This document shows positions 11,640 to 24,269 of a stretch of DNA of 64,000 nucleotides, one piece after another (the first letter of the stretch is position 1; every line of letters starts with the position of its first letter). The DNA comes from Chiloscyllium plagiosum (lineage: Eukaryota), in assembly GCF_004010195.1 (NCBI RefSeq), contig NC_057719.1, positions 36,635,094 to 36,699,093 on the forward strand, given 5' to 3'. Below the pieces are notes generated by a model. That model worked only from the letters and a program-made list of their open reading frames with translations, had not been told where the DNA came from and made no database searches. The translations under genes were made by a program, and so were the position numbers.

Positions 11640-14600
11640 CAGTCTGATTCCAAGAAAACCACATTGCTAACTGACAGAGTTAGCAGTTACTGCCTTTGCT
11701 GTTGAATTCATGTATCGCTGGACATTGGACTGCGTCTGGGAAAATTTAAAAACAGTGAAATCCACAACTGATCTTGGAGGAACCTGTTTAGGAAAGGTCA
11801 CAGGACAGAAGCAGATAAGTAGATTTTAAGCGAGGCCTTAAAATAAGTCGGCAGTAAGGAATAGAGTGGGTTCTTTCTTGATAGTATGTTTTATTGAGCT
11901 ATGTCTTTTGATTAAACTTAAAATATAAGCCATAAGTATTAATTTAACCTGGAGCAATATTTTGTAGAGGAAGACAGTGCTATTTTCTGGGTCTGTAGAT
12001 TGAAAGAAGCAAAAATGGCCCTTAGTAGAGTGATATGCTCTTCTTGTCAGATGTGGGAATTTAGGGAGAGTTTACGGGTTACTAAGGATTATATCTGCAA
12101 TAAATGCCTTTGGTTGTAAATCCTATCAGATCGAATGGAGTGGTTGGCGAGGCAGTTAGAGGCAATGAGGAATTTACAAGAGCAAGGGGATGTGATGATG
12201 GCAGTTATAGGAAGGGGGAAAGTCTCAGATACAATCGCATAGATGGGTTAACTCCAGGAAAGGTAAGAGAGGTAGCAGGTAGCGCAGGAGTCTTCTGTGA
12301 CCATTTCAAACAAGTATGCTGTTTTGGAAAATGTAGGGGGTGATGGACACTCAGGGGTACGTAGCACGAACAGCCAAGTTTCTGGTATTCAGTCTGGCTC
12401 TAATGTAATGAGAGGTACGTTGAGTTCCAAGCGATTGATTGTGTTAGGGGACTCTCTAGTCCGAGGTATAGACAGACATATCTGTGGCCAACAGCAAAAA
12501 ATCAGAATGGTCTGTTGCTTCCCTGGTGCCAGGATAATGCATCTCTCAGAGAGGGTGCAGAATGTTCTCAAAGGGGAGAGGGATTAGTAGGAGGTCATTG
12601 TACACATTGGAACCAATGACATAGGAAGGGGAAAGGTTGAGATTCTGAAGGGAAATTACAGAGAGTTAGGCAGGAATTTAAAAAGGATTACTCCCAGTGC
12701 TACTAGCTAGTGAGGGCAGGAATAGGAGGATAGATCAGATGAATGCATGGCTAAGGAACTGGTGTACGGGAGAAGGATTCACATTTTTGGATCATTGGAA
12801 GTTGCTTTGAGGTAGAGGTGACCTGTACAAGAAGGACGGATTGCACCTAAATTGGAAGGGGACTAATATACTGGCAGGGAGATTTGTTAGAGCAGCTCGG
12901 GAGGATTTAAACTAGTAAAGTGTAGGGGTGGAACCCAGGGAGATAACAAGGAAAGAGATCAATCTGAGACTGGTACAGTTGAGAACAAAGGCGAATCAAA
13001 CAGTCAAGGCAGGCAAGGAAAAAACAGAGAACAAGGTAGGACTGAAAAATTAAACTGCATTTATTTCAATGCAAGGGGCCTAACAGGGAAGGCAGATCAA
13101 CTCAGGGCATGGTTAGGAACGTGGGACTGGGATATCATAGCAATTACAGAAAGATGGCTCAGGGATGGGCAAGACTGGAAGCTTAATGTTTCAGGATACA
13201 AATGCTACAAGGATAGAAAGGGAGGCAAGAGACGAGGGGGGTGGTGTTTTGATGAGGGATAGCATTACAGCTGTACTTAGGGAGGATATACATCCAGGGA
13301 AGTTATTTGGGTGGAACTGAGAAATAAGAAAGGGATGATCACTTTATTGGGATCGCATTATAGACTCCCTAATAGTCAGAGGGAAATTGAGAAACAAATT
13401 TGTAAGGAGGTCTCAGTTATCTGTAAGAATAATAGGGTGGTTACGGTAGGGGATTTTAACTTTCCAAACATATGGGACTGCTATAGTGTTAAGTGTGTAC
13501 AAGAAAGTTTTCTGATTCAGTATGTGGATGTACCTACTAGAGAAGGTGCAAAACTTGACCTACTCTTGGGAAAGAAGGCAGGACAGATGACTGAGGTGTC
13601 AGTGGGGGCGCATTTTGGGGCCAGCGACCATAATTCTATTAGTTATAAAATAGTGATGGAAAAGGATAGACCAGATCTAAAAGGTTCTAAATTGGAGGAA
13701 GGCCAATTTTGACGGTGTTAGGCAAGAACTTTCAAAAGCTGATTGGGCGCAGATGTTTGCAGGTAAAGGGTTGGCTGGAAAATGGGAAGCCTTCAGAAAT
13801 GAGATAACGAGAGCGCAGAGAAAGTATATTCCTGTTAGGGTGAAAGGAAAGGCTGGTAGGTATAGGGAATGCTGGATGACTAAAGGAATTGAGGGTTTGG
13901 TTAAGAAAAAGGAAGGATATGTCATGTATAGACAAGATAGATCGAATGAACCCTTAGAAGAGTATAAAGGCAGTAGGAGTATGCTTAAGAGGAAAATCAG
14001 GAGGGCAAAAAGGGGACATGAGATAGCTTTGGCAAATAGAGTTAAGGAGAATCCAAAGGGTTATTACAAATACATTAAGGACAAAAGGGTAACTAGGGAG
14101 AGATTAGGGCCCCTCAAAGATCAGCAAGACATCCTTTGTGTGGAGCCGCAGGAAATGGGGGAGACACTAAATGAATATTTTGCATCAGTATTTACTGTGG
14201 AAAAGGATATAGAAGATATAGACTGTAGGGAAATAGATGGTGACATCTTGAAAAATGTCTGTATTACAGAGGAGGAAGTCCTGGATGTCTTGAAACACAT
14301 AAAAGTGGATAAATCCCCAGGACCTGATCTGGTGTACCCTAGAACTCTGTGGGAAGCTAGAGAAGTGATTGCTGGGCCTCTTACTGAGATATTTGAATCA
14401 TCGATTGTCACAGGTGAGATGCCGGAAGACTGGAGGATAACATGGTGCCACTGTTTAAGAAAGTTGGTAAGCACAAGCCAGGGAACTATAGACCAGTGAG
14501 CCTGAAGTTGGTGGTGGGCAAGTTGTTGGAGGGAATCCTAAGGGACAGGATGTGCATGTATTTGGAAAGGCAAGGACTGATTGGGATAGTTAACACAGCT

Positions 14601-15842
14601 TTGTGCGTGGGAAGTCATGTCTCACAAACTTGATTGAATTTTTTGAGGAAGTAACAAAGAGGACTGATGAGGGCAGAGCGGTGGACATGAACTATATGGA
14701 CTTCAGTAAGGCGTTCGACAAGGTTCCCCATGGGAGACTGGTTAGCAAGGCTAGATCTCATGGAATACAGGGAGAACTCACCATTTGGATACAGAACTGG
14801 CTCAAAGTGGTGGTGGAGGGTTGTTTTTCAGACTGGACGCCTGTCACCATTGGAGTGCCACAAGGATCGGTGCTGGGTCCATTACTTTTCATCATTTATA
14901 TAAGTGATTTGGATGTGAGCATAAGAGGTAAGTTAGTAAGTTTGCTGATGACACCAAAATTAGAGGTGTAGTGGACAGCAAAGAAGGTCACCTTAGATTT
15001 CAACGGGATCTTGATCAGATGGGTCAATGGGCTGAGAAGTGGCAGATGGAGTTTAATCTAGATAAATGTGAGGTGCTGCATTTTGGGAAAGCAAATCTTA
15101 GCAGGACTTATACACTTGATTGTAGGTCCTAGAGAGTGTTGCTGAACAAAGAGACCTTGGAGTGTACGTTCATAGCTCCTTGAAAGTGGAGTCGCAGGTA
15201 GAGAGAATAGTGAAGAAGGCGTTTGATACGCATTCCTTTATTGGTCAGAGTGTTGAGTACAGAAGTTAGGAGGTCATGTTGCAGCTGTACAGGACATTGG
15301 TTAGGCCACTGTTGGAATATTGTGTGCAATTCTGGTCTCCTTCCTATCAGAAAGATGTTGTGAAACTTGAAAGGGTTCAGAAAAGATTTACAAGGATGTT
15401 GCCAGGGTTGGAGAATTTGAGCTATAGGGAGAGGCTAGGACTGTTTTCCCTGGAGCGTCGAAGGCTGAGGGGTGACCTTATAGAGGTTTATAAAATTAGG
15501 AGGGACATGGATAGAATAAATAAAGTCTTTTCTCTGGGTGGGGGAGTCCAAAACTAGATGGCATAGGTTTAGGGTAAGAGGGGAAAGATATAAAAGAGAC
15601 CCAAGAAGCATCTTTTTCACTCAGAGGGTGGTATGCGTATGGAATGAGATGCCAGAGGAAGTGGTAGAGGCTAGTACAATTGCAACATTTAAAAGGCCTC
15701 TGGATGGGTATATGAATAGGAAGGGTTTGGAGGGATATGGGCCGAGTGTTGGCAGGTGCGACTAGATTGGGTTGGGATAACTGGTCGGCATGGACGGGTT
15801 GGACCGAAGGGTCTGTTTCCATGCTGTACATCTCTATGACTA
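11640..15842 (+). mobile_element. Near full-length CR1 LINE (ORF1 zinc finger/esterase, ORF2 APE-RT), decayed
   Basis: ORF1 has CSSC..CNKC, IVLGDSLVRG and CFPGA. ORF2 has [30 protein letters not shown] and [10 protein letters not shown]. The 3' tail ends CTCTATGACT. Confidence 0.93.
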
Positions 15843-16813
15843 TACCTCTAAATATTTCTCATGAAATGAGGTGATTTATTTTCCATTCCTACTTTGCAGC
15901 TACTATCTGAACACCCGGCCTTAAATCCTGGGTTTGGCCAATCTTCACCCTGTTTGGTACCAGCAGTCACTTCTTGAAAATGACTTGATAATTGTTGACA
16001 AGCTGGTCAGAGTTCTCACCTTTGTCATTAAAGCTTGAACAAAACTTCTAATTTTGTTTAAAATGCCAGCTGTAACTATCCTTTAATTAACTGGGATCTA
16101 TCCCCATTCCTCATAATATAATTATATGGGATTAATAATCCAGAAAACAGGATTCACAATTAGGAAAGGAAAGTTCAAATCCCATCATGACATTTGTGGA
16201 TTTGAATTTGGTTCATTAAATAAATCTTTTTAAAAAGTGCTCGTATAAGCAATTTTAACATGAGGCCATCAGACCTGAAATCTGTTGGGAAACAGAAATT
16301 TCTGGAGAAACTGAGCAGGTCTGGCAGCATCTGTAAAAAGAAAGCAGAGTTAACACTTAGACTCCATGGACCCTTCTTCAGAATGTAAAGGAAACCAGTC
16401 ATCCTTTCCTATCTGGTGTATGTGTGACTCCAGGTCCACCTTTGGCCTAGAGAGCCCCCACATGTTCCAAATTCCTTCAAAAAAAAGCAGAAGAATAATA
16501 AGACAAGACCTCTCAATATTGGATATAGGTAATGGATACAGAAAAACAACAAAAACATTCTTAGCCTGGCTGACCCAGCAAAGTCCTCCTCACAAACAAA
16601 TGGAGACTTGTGCAAAACTTGGGAATTGTTCCACGTATTAATCAAGTAACAATCTGACAAACATTACTCACAGAAACATACTTGTTATCCAGCATGCTGG
16701 TAATGTTTTACAATCATAGCTGAGTATATGCTGAAGGTACAGCATTGTGATAACAGACAAGACATGCAAGACTCCAGCAATAACTTCAGACCTTATATGG
16801 GGTCTTGTGGTAT

Positions 16814-17002
16814 TAGAGCTGAAAATATGTTGCTGGAAAAGCGCAGCAGGTCAGGCAGCATCCAAGGAACAGGAAGGGCTTCTTCAGGCTTATGCCCGAA
16901 ACGTCGATTCTCCTGTTCCTTGGATGCTGCCTGACCTGCTGCGCTTTTCCAGCAACACATTTTCAGCTCTGATCTCCAGCATCTGCAGTCCTCACTTTCT
17001 CC
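16814..17002. mobile_element. Penelope-derived fold-back insertion (family A)
   Basis: Inverted arms plus tail. TSD TCTTGTGGTAT at 16803-16813 and 17003-17013. The hammerhead core is scrambled at the centre. Confidence 0.85.
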
Positions 17003-17655
17003 TCTTGTGGTATCAGGTCAAACATGGGCCTTCATTTGCCTAAGCTACAGAATTCCATCTAAAGCTCTCTGACTTTACATCTTTAAAAACCCCATTGATA
17101 TATCAGTGCTCCTTCCATGTTGAGCACCAATTGGAAGAAACCCTGAGCAAGGGTTTGGAGTTTGGAGACAGATGTCACAGTTCACACATAGCACCACTGC
17201 ATAGCCAGTGAATTGTGTCCTACAGTGGCAGGTGATGGGAGAAGAAAAGAGAAGTACTTACTTGACCTTTTCCCCACTTATCTACCCCTGCTGATTCATG
17301 ATAGCATTTGTTGCAGGGATCATCACACAGACCCGGTGGAGACAAAACCTCACCTTCAAAACTGGGCGTCCATAATGGTACACTCAGCTATCAGCAGCAG
17401 AATTTTTAGTGTACAATTAGCAGTGAGCTGGATGACAATTGTAGGGTCCATTATGGGTCATGGAAAGGCATGGCAGAATCAGCATTCGGTGAACTTGAAT
17501 AACAGTGTGTATCTGTATTTGAGATATAACGTTGCTATTGAAACAAGGAAATAGCACACTTTAGATAAAGCTAGACAATTTCACAAGTCAACAGATTAGT
17601 TGAAACAACTAGCAGAACAATGAATGGCAGATGAAGCATGGACAGGAGTTACAAT

Positions 17656-17968
17656 GGGCGGCACGGTGGCACAGTGGTTAGCACTGCTGCCTCACAGCAC
17701 CAGAGACCCGGCTTCAATTCCCGACTCAGGCGACTGACTGTGTGGAGTTTGCACATTCTCCCCGTGTCTGCGTGGGTTTCCTCTGGGTGCTCCGGTTTCC
17801 TCCCACAGTCCAAAGATGTGCAGGTCAGGTGAATTGGCCATGCTAAATTGCCCGTAGTGTTAGGTAAAGGGGTAAAGGTAGGGAAATGGGTGGGTTGCGC
17901 TTCGGCGGGTCGGTGTGGACTTGTTGGGCCGAAGGGCCTGTTTCCACACTGTAAGTAATCTAATCTAA
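17656..17968 (+). mobile_element. tRNA-derived SINE, HE1-like
   Basis: A box TGGCACAGTGG, B-box-like GcTTCAATTCC, central GTGTGGAGTTTGCACATTCTCCCC, CR1-like 3' end and (AATCT)n tail. Confidence 0.9.
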
Positions 17969-18207
17969 GCTAATGGATCAATATGCAAGATAGCTGAAGG
18001 ATCTACAATGAAGTAGACAGAACCACTGCAGCCAACTAACAAAAAGATACTGGCACAATCTAAATTCCAGTATTCAGCTGTTTGCATCTAGCAACCATAA
18101 GTACCACACTAAGCATCTAGGTGGCCAAGCAAGACAAGCAATGTCATCTGGAGTAACATTTGTACAGTGTTGGAGAACATAAGGCTTTCTTTACAGAAAG
18201 CCTTCTT

Positions 18208-18497
18208 TATACAGTGTGAAAACAGGCCATTTGGCCCAACAAATCCACACCCACCCTCTGAAAGGGAACCCACCCAGATCCATTTCCCTACCCTAGTACT
18301 GTACATTTCCCCCAGATTGATGCACCTAACCTACACATCCCTGAACACTATGGGCAATTTAGCATGGTCAATTTACCATGGGAGGAAATCAAAGGAAACC
18401 CATGCAGACACGGGGAGAATATGCAAACTCCACACAGACAGTCAACCAATGCTGGAATTGAAGCCAGGTCTCTGGCACTGTGAGGCACCATGCCACC
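18208..18497 (-). mobile_element. tRNA-derived SINE, diverged copy
   Basis: Homologous to the 17656 copy in reverse orientation. Confidence 0.8.
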
Positions 18498-19494
18498 CTT
18501 TAGTAAATGTACTGTCATCTTTGTGTTATTCTGGCACAGCAGCATTCACAAACAGGGGCATCGGAGAACCACAAGATGTGGGCCAATAAATAATTAACTG
18601 TAGCCGCTACTTCTGCAATATACTGCACTACCTCAGAATGGATCATCCATGTCAGGATGGATGACAGAGAAATTGATTGTTCCCACTGATGTGTTCCAAT
18701 CCAACTGAATCTTCACAGAGAATTTCACTAAATTGTTCAAAAGCCTGTGGAAAGCAATAGGTAGTATCATATCTTCATGAAAATGCACACATTAGAGACT
18801 GTTGGAATTTGGGAACACAATAAATTCAGGAACAGATTTTGACATAGAATTGGGATCTTGCTTCTGTGTTTGCAGTCCAGTCGGGCTGGGGTATTAGAGG
18901 GGTAGATGATGCACTGAACTTAGGAAGTGAATGTTTTCTCTGGAGGCTCAGGCTTACATGGCAACTCATTGCTGATATCAGCAGCTTTTGAAGCACGTTT
19001 GACCATAGCAGCTGAACTATAAATTGTTGCTCAATAATAGGAATAAACAGGAATTTTGTCTCCGATGCATTGCTGGGTCTCTGGCTGTGAGATGTGAGGT
19101 ACAACAAAGAGACCTCAACATAATATAAGAACAGAATTAGGAAAGTCTGCCCATCAAGTCTGATCATAATCGACTCAGAGAGATGTACAGCACAGAAGCA
19201 GACCTTTCAGTCCAACATGTCCATACCAACCAGATTTCCTAAATAAATCTAGTTCCATTTGTCAGCATTTGGCCCATATTCCTCTAAACCCTTCCTATTC
19301 ATTTAACCATCCAGATGCTTTTTAAATGTTGTAATTGTACCAGTGTTGGATACTCTATTCATTCCATAGAATAACCAGTCATGAATGGTCAAGCGTTTAT
19401 TAGCAGACGCAGTGACAATTACATTCTGGTTGCTGAGAATAACTGTGTAACTACCTCGGTTCTGGATTTGGCTCACATTCTTTTAGTGCATTTA

Positions 19495-20061
19495 CAGTCG
19501 GTTCTGCTATAATACGTGTTTCTTCAACACAAATTAGCTATAATGTGACTGAAGAATTTAGACCACTATTTGTAAAACACGAACTTTCCTTATTTGTATT
19601 GGCTGTAATGCAATTCTGGTCCCATTGCTTTAAATGGTGCTGCTTTTACTTGATAATAAGAGGAATAGATAGAGTCTATAGCCAGAGACTTTTCGCAGGG
19701 CAGGATTGACTGGTCTGAGGGGTCATAGTTTTAAGATATTAGGAGAAAGGTATAGAGAAGACATCAGAGGTAGGTTCTTTATGCAGAGAGTTGTGAATGC
19801 ATGAAATGCATTGCCATCTGTGGTTGTTGAAGCAGAGTCATTAGGGGACATTTAAGTGACTGCTGGACTTGCACATGGATAGCAGTGAGTTGAAGGGTGC
19901 ATAGGTTATTATATTTTACATTAGGATTAAACCTCAGCACAACATCGTGGGCCTAAGGGCCTGTTCTGTGCTGTACTTTTCTATGTCCTATGTTCTATGA
20001 TTTTTTTTATAATGCAGGATCACACGGGAACTGAACTATCACATTGCATCAGAACAGACTG
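19495..20061. mobile_element. Tc1/mariner-pogo-type MITE inserted in the LTR, itself carrying a CR1 3' fragment (~19653-20000)
   Basis: TA flanks on both sides; imperfect TIR CAGTCGGTTCTG / CAGAACAGACTG. The LTR alignment resumes after it. A second copy lies at 47430. Confidence 0.85.
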
Positions 20062-20241
20062 TACTTAGTAGATGCTCACACATTCTAACAACAAGTCTAG
20101 ACAGTAACCTGGTTGTGACAGATGCTCATGTCTGCTTCAAACTGATTTCAATCACGCCGGCAAGCTTCCTCTTTCTTAGAATTTGCAAATTTAACCCTTG
20201 TTATGCTGTAGTTAATCACACAATTCTCAACATATTCCACA

Positions 20242-20255
20242 ACTACTCCCCCTTT
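20242..20255 (-). promoter_or_regulatory. Polypurine tract
   Basis: AAAGGGGGAGTAGT lies directly before the 3' LTR. Confidence 0.8.
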
Positions 20256-23200
20256 GAGTCTTTCCAAACAGAATCACACAAGTAAAGCAGGCTAACAATA
20301 ATATGTAGGTCACTTAGTACATTTGAGAGCAGTAAAATACCAAACTTCAGGCTACAGCATTTGCTGACCACAACATTTAAGCAACATGAACATGAAATAC
20401 AGAATAAGAATCACAACAGAAATGCAATACAATCAACTTCCCCATCTTGGGCAATTGCAACAACTCTTATCAAGCTTCAAGTTCAGTCACTGGTTGCTTG
20501 TTAACATCATATATGGGCTCAAAATTCACCAGTTCTCTTTTTCGACGTATTTGTGTGTCATCATTTTTTGGGCTTGTTCACTTCGACTCACAATTACTGT
20601 TTTAAAATTAGTTTCTGTATGGATACTGTGTCAGTGTCTTATCGTTTAACCTATGCTCTCGTGCTCTTCAAAGCCACTCTAAAATGTCCCTAATGACTCT
20701 GCTTCCACCACCACCGCATGTCTGTACATGCCCATTCTTTAATGCAACTTTTTTAACCAAGCATTCACTCATGTTTGTTACTTCCGAGGTAACACTCACT
20801 TTTGCAAACTTACATTGGTAACCAAGACCATATTACACATCCTTGACTCTCATATGATCTTATTAAAATACCTATGAGATTTTACTTATCTTTCCACATA
20901 CAGTCCTGATGCCTTGGGTCGTGGCTTGATTACCAAGTTCACCAGGGAAAGACAAGGACACAAACATCACCAAGAGAAAGTTATCAGTTTAGTAATCTCA
21001 CTTAAACTTCCTTTTCATTAAAATGCAGTTAACTTTAATTGCCTTTTCAACCCATTATTCTAATTTTGTTTTCCTTCTACTACTACTCTCCATCCTTTAC
21101 TGCTTCATCTCATCCAATTTTGCCATTTAACTATTGCCACCTATCTAAATCCAGAGACCTAGAGAGATTCGTTGTCCATGGTAAATCATCTAATAATAGT
21201 TTAAAACAGAAATAAAAAGTTTCTGTTTGATTCAAGCAAAAGGTTCTCTAAGACAACCGACATTTAAACTTATTTTATAGCTCAATCTGGATATTTGCTC
21301 TATCTCTATGTAAATTTGCCCAAATTTAAAATTCTGTTTTCTACCCCAAGGTCACAAACAATTTTTATGCATTAAAATTCCTAAATGTTTTCACAGTAGT
21401 TTTTCAATGATTACGCGTTTTTAACGTGAATGGCTTGATGGGTTAAGAATTCCTCATTTATCTCTGTGTCTGCAGACATGTTCAGAAGTTTGTACTCTTA
21501 TCTGAAAGACTAAAAGTATCCATCCATTCCACTTCAAGCAGAATGGGTTAATTAGTGGTGGTTGTAGAGATGAGGTGAAAATTCCTCAGCATAATTATGT
21601 CGACCATCTCTCTTCCTCCTGTACAGAAAATAAGTGTGTTATAACTAACAAAGGAAAAGCCTACCTCCTTGGTTGGATAGTACTCTCCTTTCCAAAACTC
21701 CTTGATGTCAGTTTTTTCAGATTTTAGAACATACCATCAGAATTTCCAAAATTCCCATTTTCCTAATACTTGGAATCTCTCACACCAAAGTACAATGAGC
21801 AAATCTTATACAAAGTTAGATGCACTCATCTGTTAAAACAGTATTTGGAAGTTCACTCTGGCCAGAAAATGAAATTCCAAATGTGATAATTTTTAATTCT
21901 AAAACGTAATTTTTACTAAGCTTTATTACACAAATTTTAAGTGAACATTTCATTGCAAATTGGTGCTTTATACTACCATTGCTAGTTCCTTAAAACAATG
22001 TAATCATACATGTTTCACACTGATACAGGCACAGACCACATTTTCAAATCACCATAGATGCCCAAAATGCAAATTCCAGAATCTCGAGCTCCAGGAAACG
22101 AAAACACAAATATTACACAGGATAACATTTAACCACCAACGAAGAAATATGCATTCAAACCAGACCACAAAGTGTTAACACTTAGTTCAATGAACGCACC
22201 ACCAAAAGCTGGTAGCTCTCTTTCTCTCTGACCTTTTTTCAAATTGCAATCTCTCTCTCTCTGTCTCTCTCTCTGATTTTTTGAAATAGCAGCCATCCAG
22301 TTGCTTCCGGGTCTGAAAATCTTTCCTTTTGGGAGGGGGTAGTTCTTTGGACCATTTGTCTCTCATTTTTGGCAGCGCAGGATCATTTCCGTGCCAGTTG
22401 ACCCATTCATATTTGTATTCAATCCTTCCTCCTTTTTCAAGTGTTTGCCAGGACCAGATTTATCTTTGCTTGGTCCATAAAGGGGCTAAACAGGGCTCCA
22501 CATTGTCACTGGATCAATGGAAGATTCAGCTCTCTTTCTCTTTCGTAATTTGCTCTCCAGTTGATTGAGCAAGGGATAGTGTTGTTGTCCACTGGGCTCA
22601 GAATAGTAGAGTTTGGAGGATTTGGTTAGTGAGTGTCCCATAGCCAATTATATAGGGGAGTACTTGGATTTGGTGAAGGTGAAGGATTCTTCATTACTGG
22701 AGGTTTCTCCTCCTCAGGCAATTTTTGTTTTGTTGTTTTAAGTTCTGCACAACAGCTTTCAATTGTTTGTTTAAATTATTAACTTCATGATCTTGATTAG
22801 ATATGTCTATGATTTCTTGTCGTTGTTGAATCTGTTTCATTATACATAGAGACCAGCGAATCTGTTTTTTTAATCTTTTAGTTGGGTGGTTTAACCCCAA
22901 ACACATTTAATATCATCCAGGGACATTTGACCTGTGGAGGTTCTATATTCCTCATGCAATTCTGTTAGAATTGTAGAGAGGTCAGATTGTAGTTCGATAT
23001 ATTTCTTTAAATTTTGGAGATTTTCAATATGCCGGGCAGGGCACGGTCATGGGCAACTCAGATTTACACATCTTAAGTGATGTTTATGCTCCTGCTTTTA
23101 GAGCCATTCGGCCTATTTTGGGGCCCTGGGTCTTTTGTGACCTTTGGGCTTTTTATGTGCCAAGGGTGTGGAGTCACCGGATTATAGACATCTAGTTTAT

Positions 23201-23348
23201 ATTTTGGGCTCTTATCTCCTATTGACAATAAGGTTCTTTTCTCAGAAAGCATTTGACTGTCTCTGAAAATTTTTACACGTGTGGACTATTATTATCTCGG
23301 GGCCCCGATGGGTGTATGGGATGTCCTCGGGGTCTCCGCAATCTTTGC

Positions 23349-23367
23349 GATTCTGCTGACTACGCCA
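23349..23367 (-). promoter_or_regulatory. Primer binding site complementary to the tRNA-Ser 3' end
   Basis: TGGCGTAGTCAGCAGAATC lies 3 nt inside the 5' LTR. It has two mismatches to the complement of vertebrate tRNA-Ser (TGGCGTAGTCGGCAGGATT) in the first 17 nt. Confidence 0.85.
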
Positions 23368-24269
23368 AGTTGATGGATAATCTATTCGTTCCGTAGCATA
23401 ACCAGTCGTGAATGGTCATGTGATCATTAGTAGAAACAGTGACAGTTATGTTCTGGTTGCCTAGAATAATTGTGTAACTGTGTCTGATCTGGGTTTGTCT
23501 CAAATTCTTATGGTGTATTTATTCTCATAATTGTTTACACATTCTAAACACAAAATCTAGAATGCTACTTGTTTGTGACATATGCTCATGTCTGCCTTGA
23601 ACCAATTTCAACTGACCCGGCAAGTTTCCTTTTCCTTAGAATTTGCATATTTAACCCTTGTTATGCTGTATAACCCTTGTTATACTTTTCAATATATTCT
23701 ACACCAGCCTCCACCACTTCCTCTGGCAGCTCATTTCATGCACAACCTCTGCATGAAAGGTTGTCCCTTATGTCCCTTTTAAATCTTTCCTCTCTCACCT
23801 TAAACCTATGCTATCTAGTTTTGGACTCACCCACCCTAAGGAATAACCCTTGGCTATTCACCCTATCTATGCCCCTCATGATTTTGTAAACTTCTAAGAA
23901 GATCACCCCTCAGCCTCCGACGTTGCAGGAAAAACAGCCCCAGCCTGTTCAGCATGTCCCTATAGCTCAAACCCTCCAACCCTGGCAACATTCTTGTAAA
24001 TCTTTGCTGAATGCTTTCAAGTTTCACAACATCCTTCCTATAGCAGGGAGACCAGAACTGCATGCAGTATTCCAAAAGTGGCCTAACCAATGTCCTGTAC
24101 AGCCACAACATGACCTCCCAACTCCTATATTCAACGTGCTGACCAATAAAGGCATACCAAATGCTTTCTTCACAGTCCTACCTATCTGTGACTCCATTTT
24201 CAAGCGACTATGAACCAGCACTCCAAGGACCTTACCATTAAGTATATAAGTGATTTTCCTCTGCTCTTC

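Larger units (their letters stand above)
19344..23703 (-). mobile_element. LTR retroelement/ERV-like element with no recognisable pol. 5' LTR 23371-23703, 3' LTR 19344-20241 (interrupted)
   Basis: Two homologous TG...CA repeats of about 330 bp. 4-bp TSD CCAG at 19340-19343 and 23704-23707. PBS and PPT are in the correct positions. The 3.1 kb interior has only short ORF remnants. Confidence 0.9.
19170..24262 (-). mobile_element. CR1 3' fragment split by the LTR element (CR1 parts 19170-19343 and 23704-24262)
   Basis: The CR1 sequence ...AATTGTACCAG|CCTCCACCAC... resumes exactly after the insertion. LEYCMQFWSP fragment present. Confidence 0.88.

Noticed and set aside
17656..17730. tRNA-like sequence with A and B boxes
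   Set aside because: It is the head of a SINE present six times in the window, not a tRNA gene.
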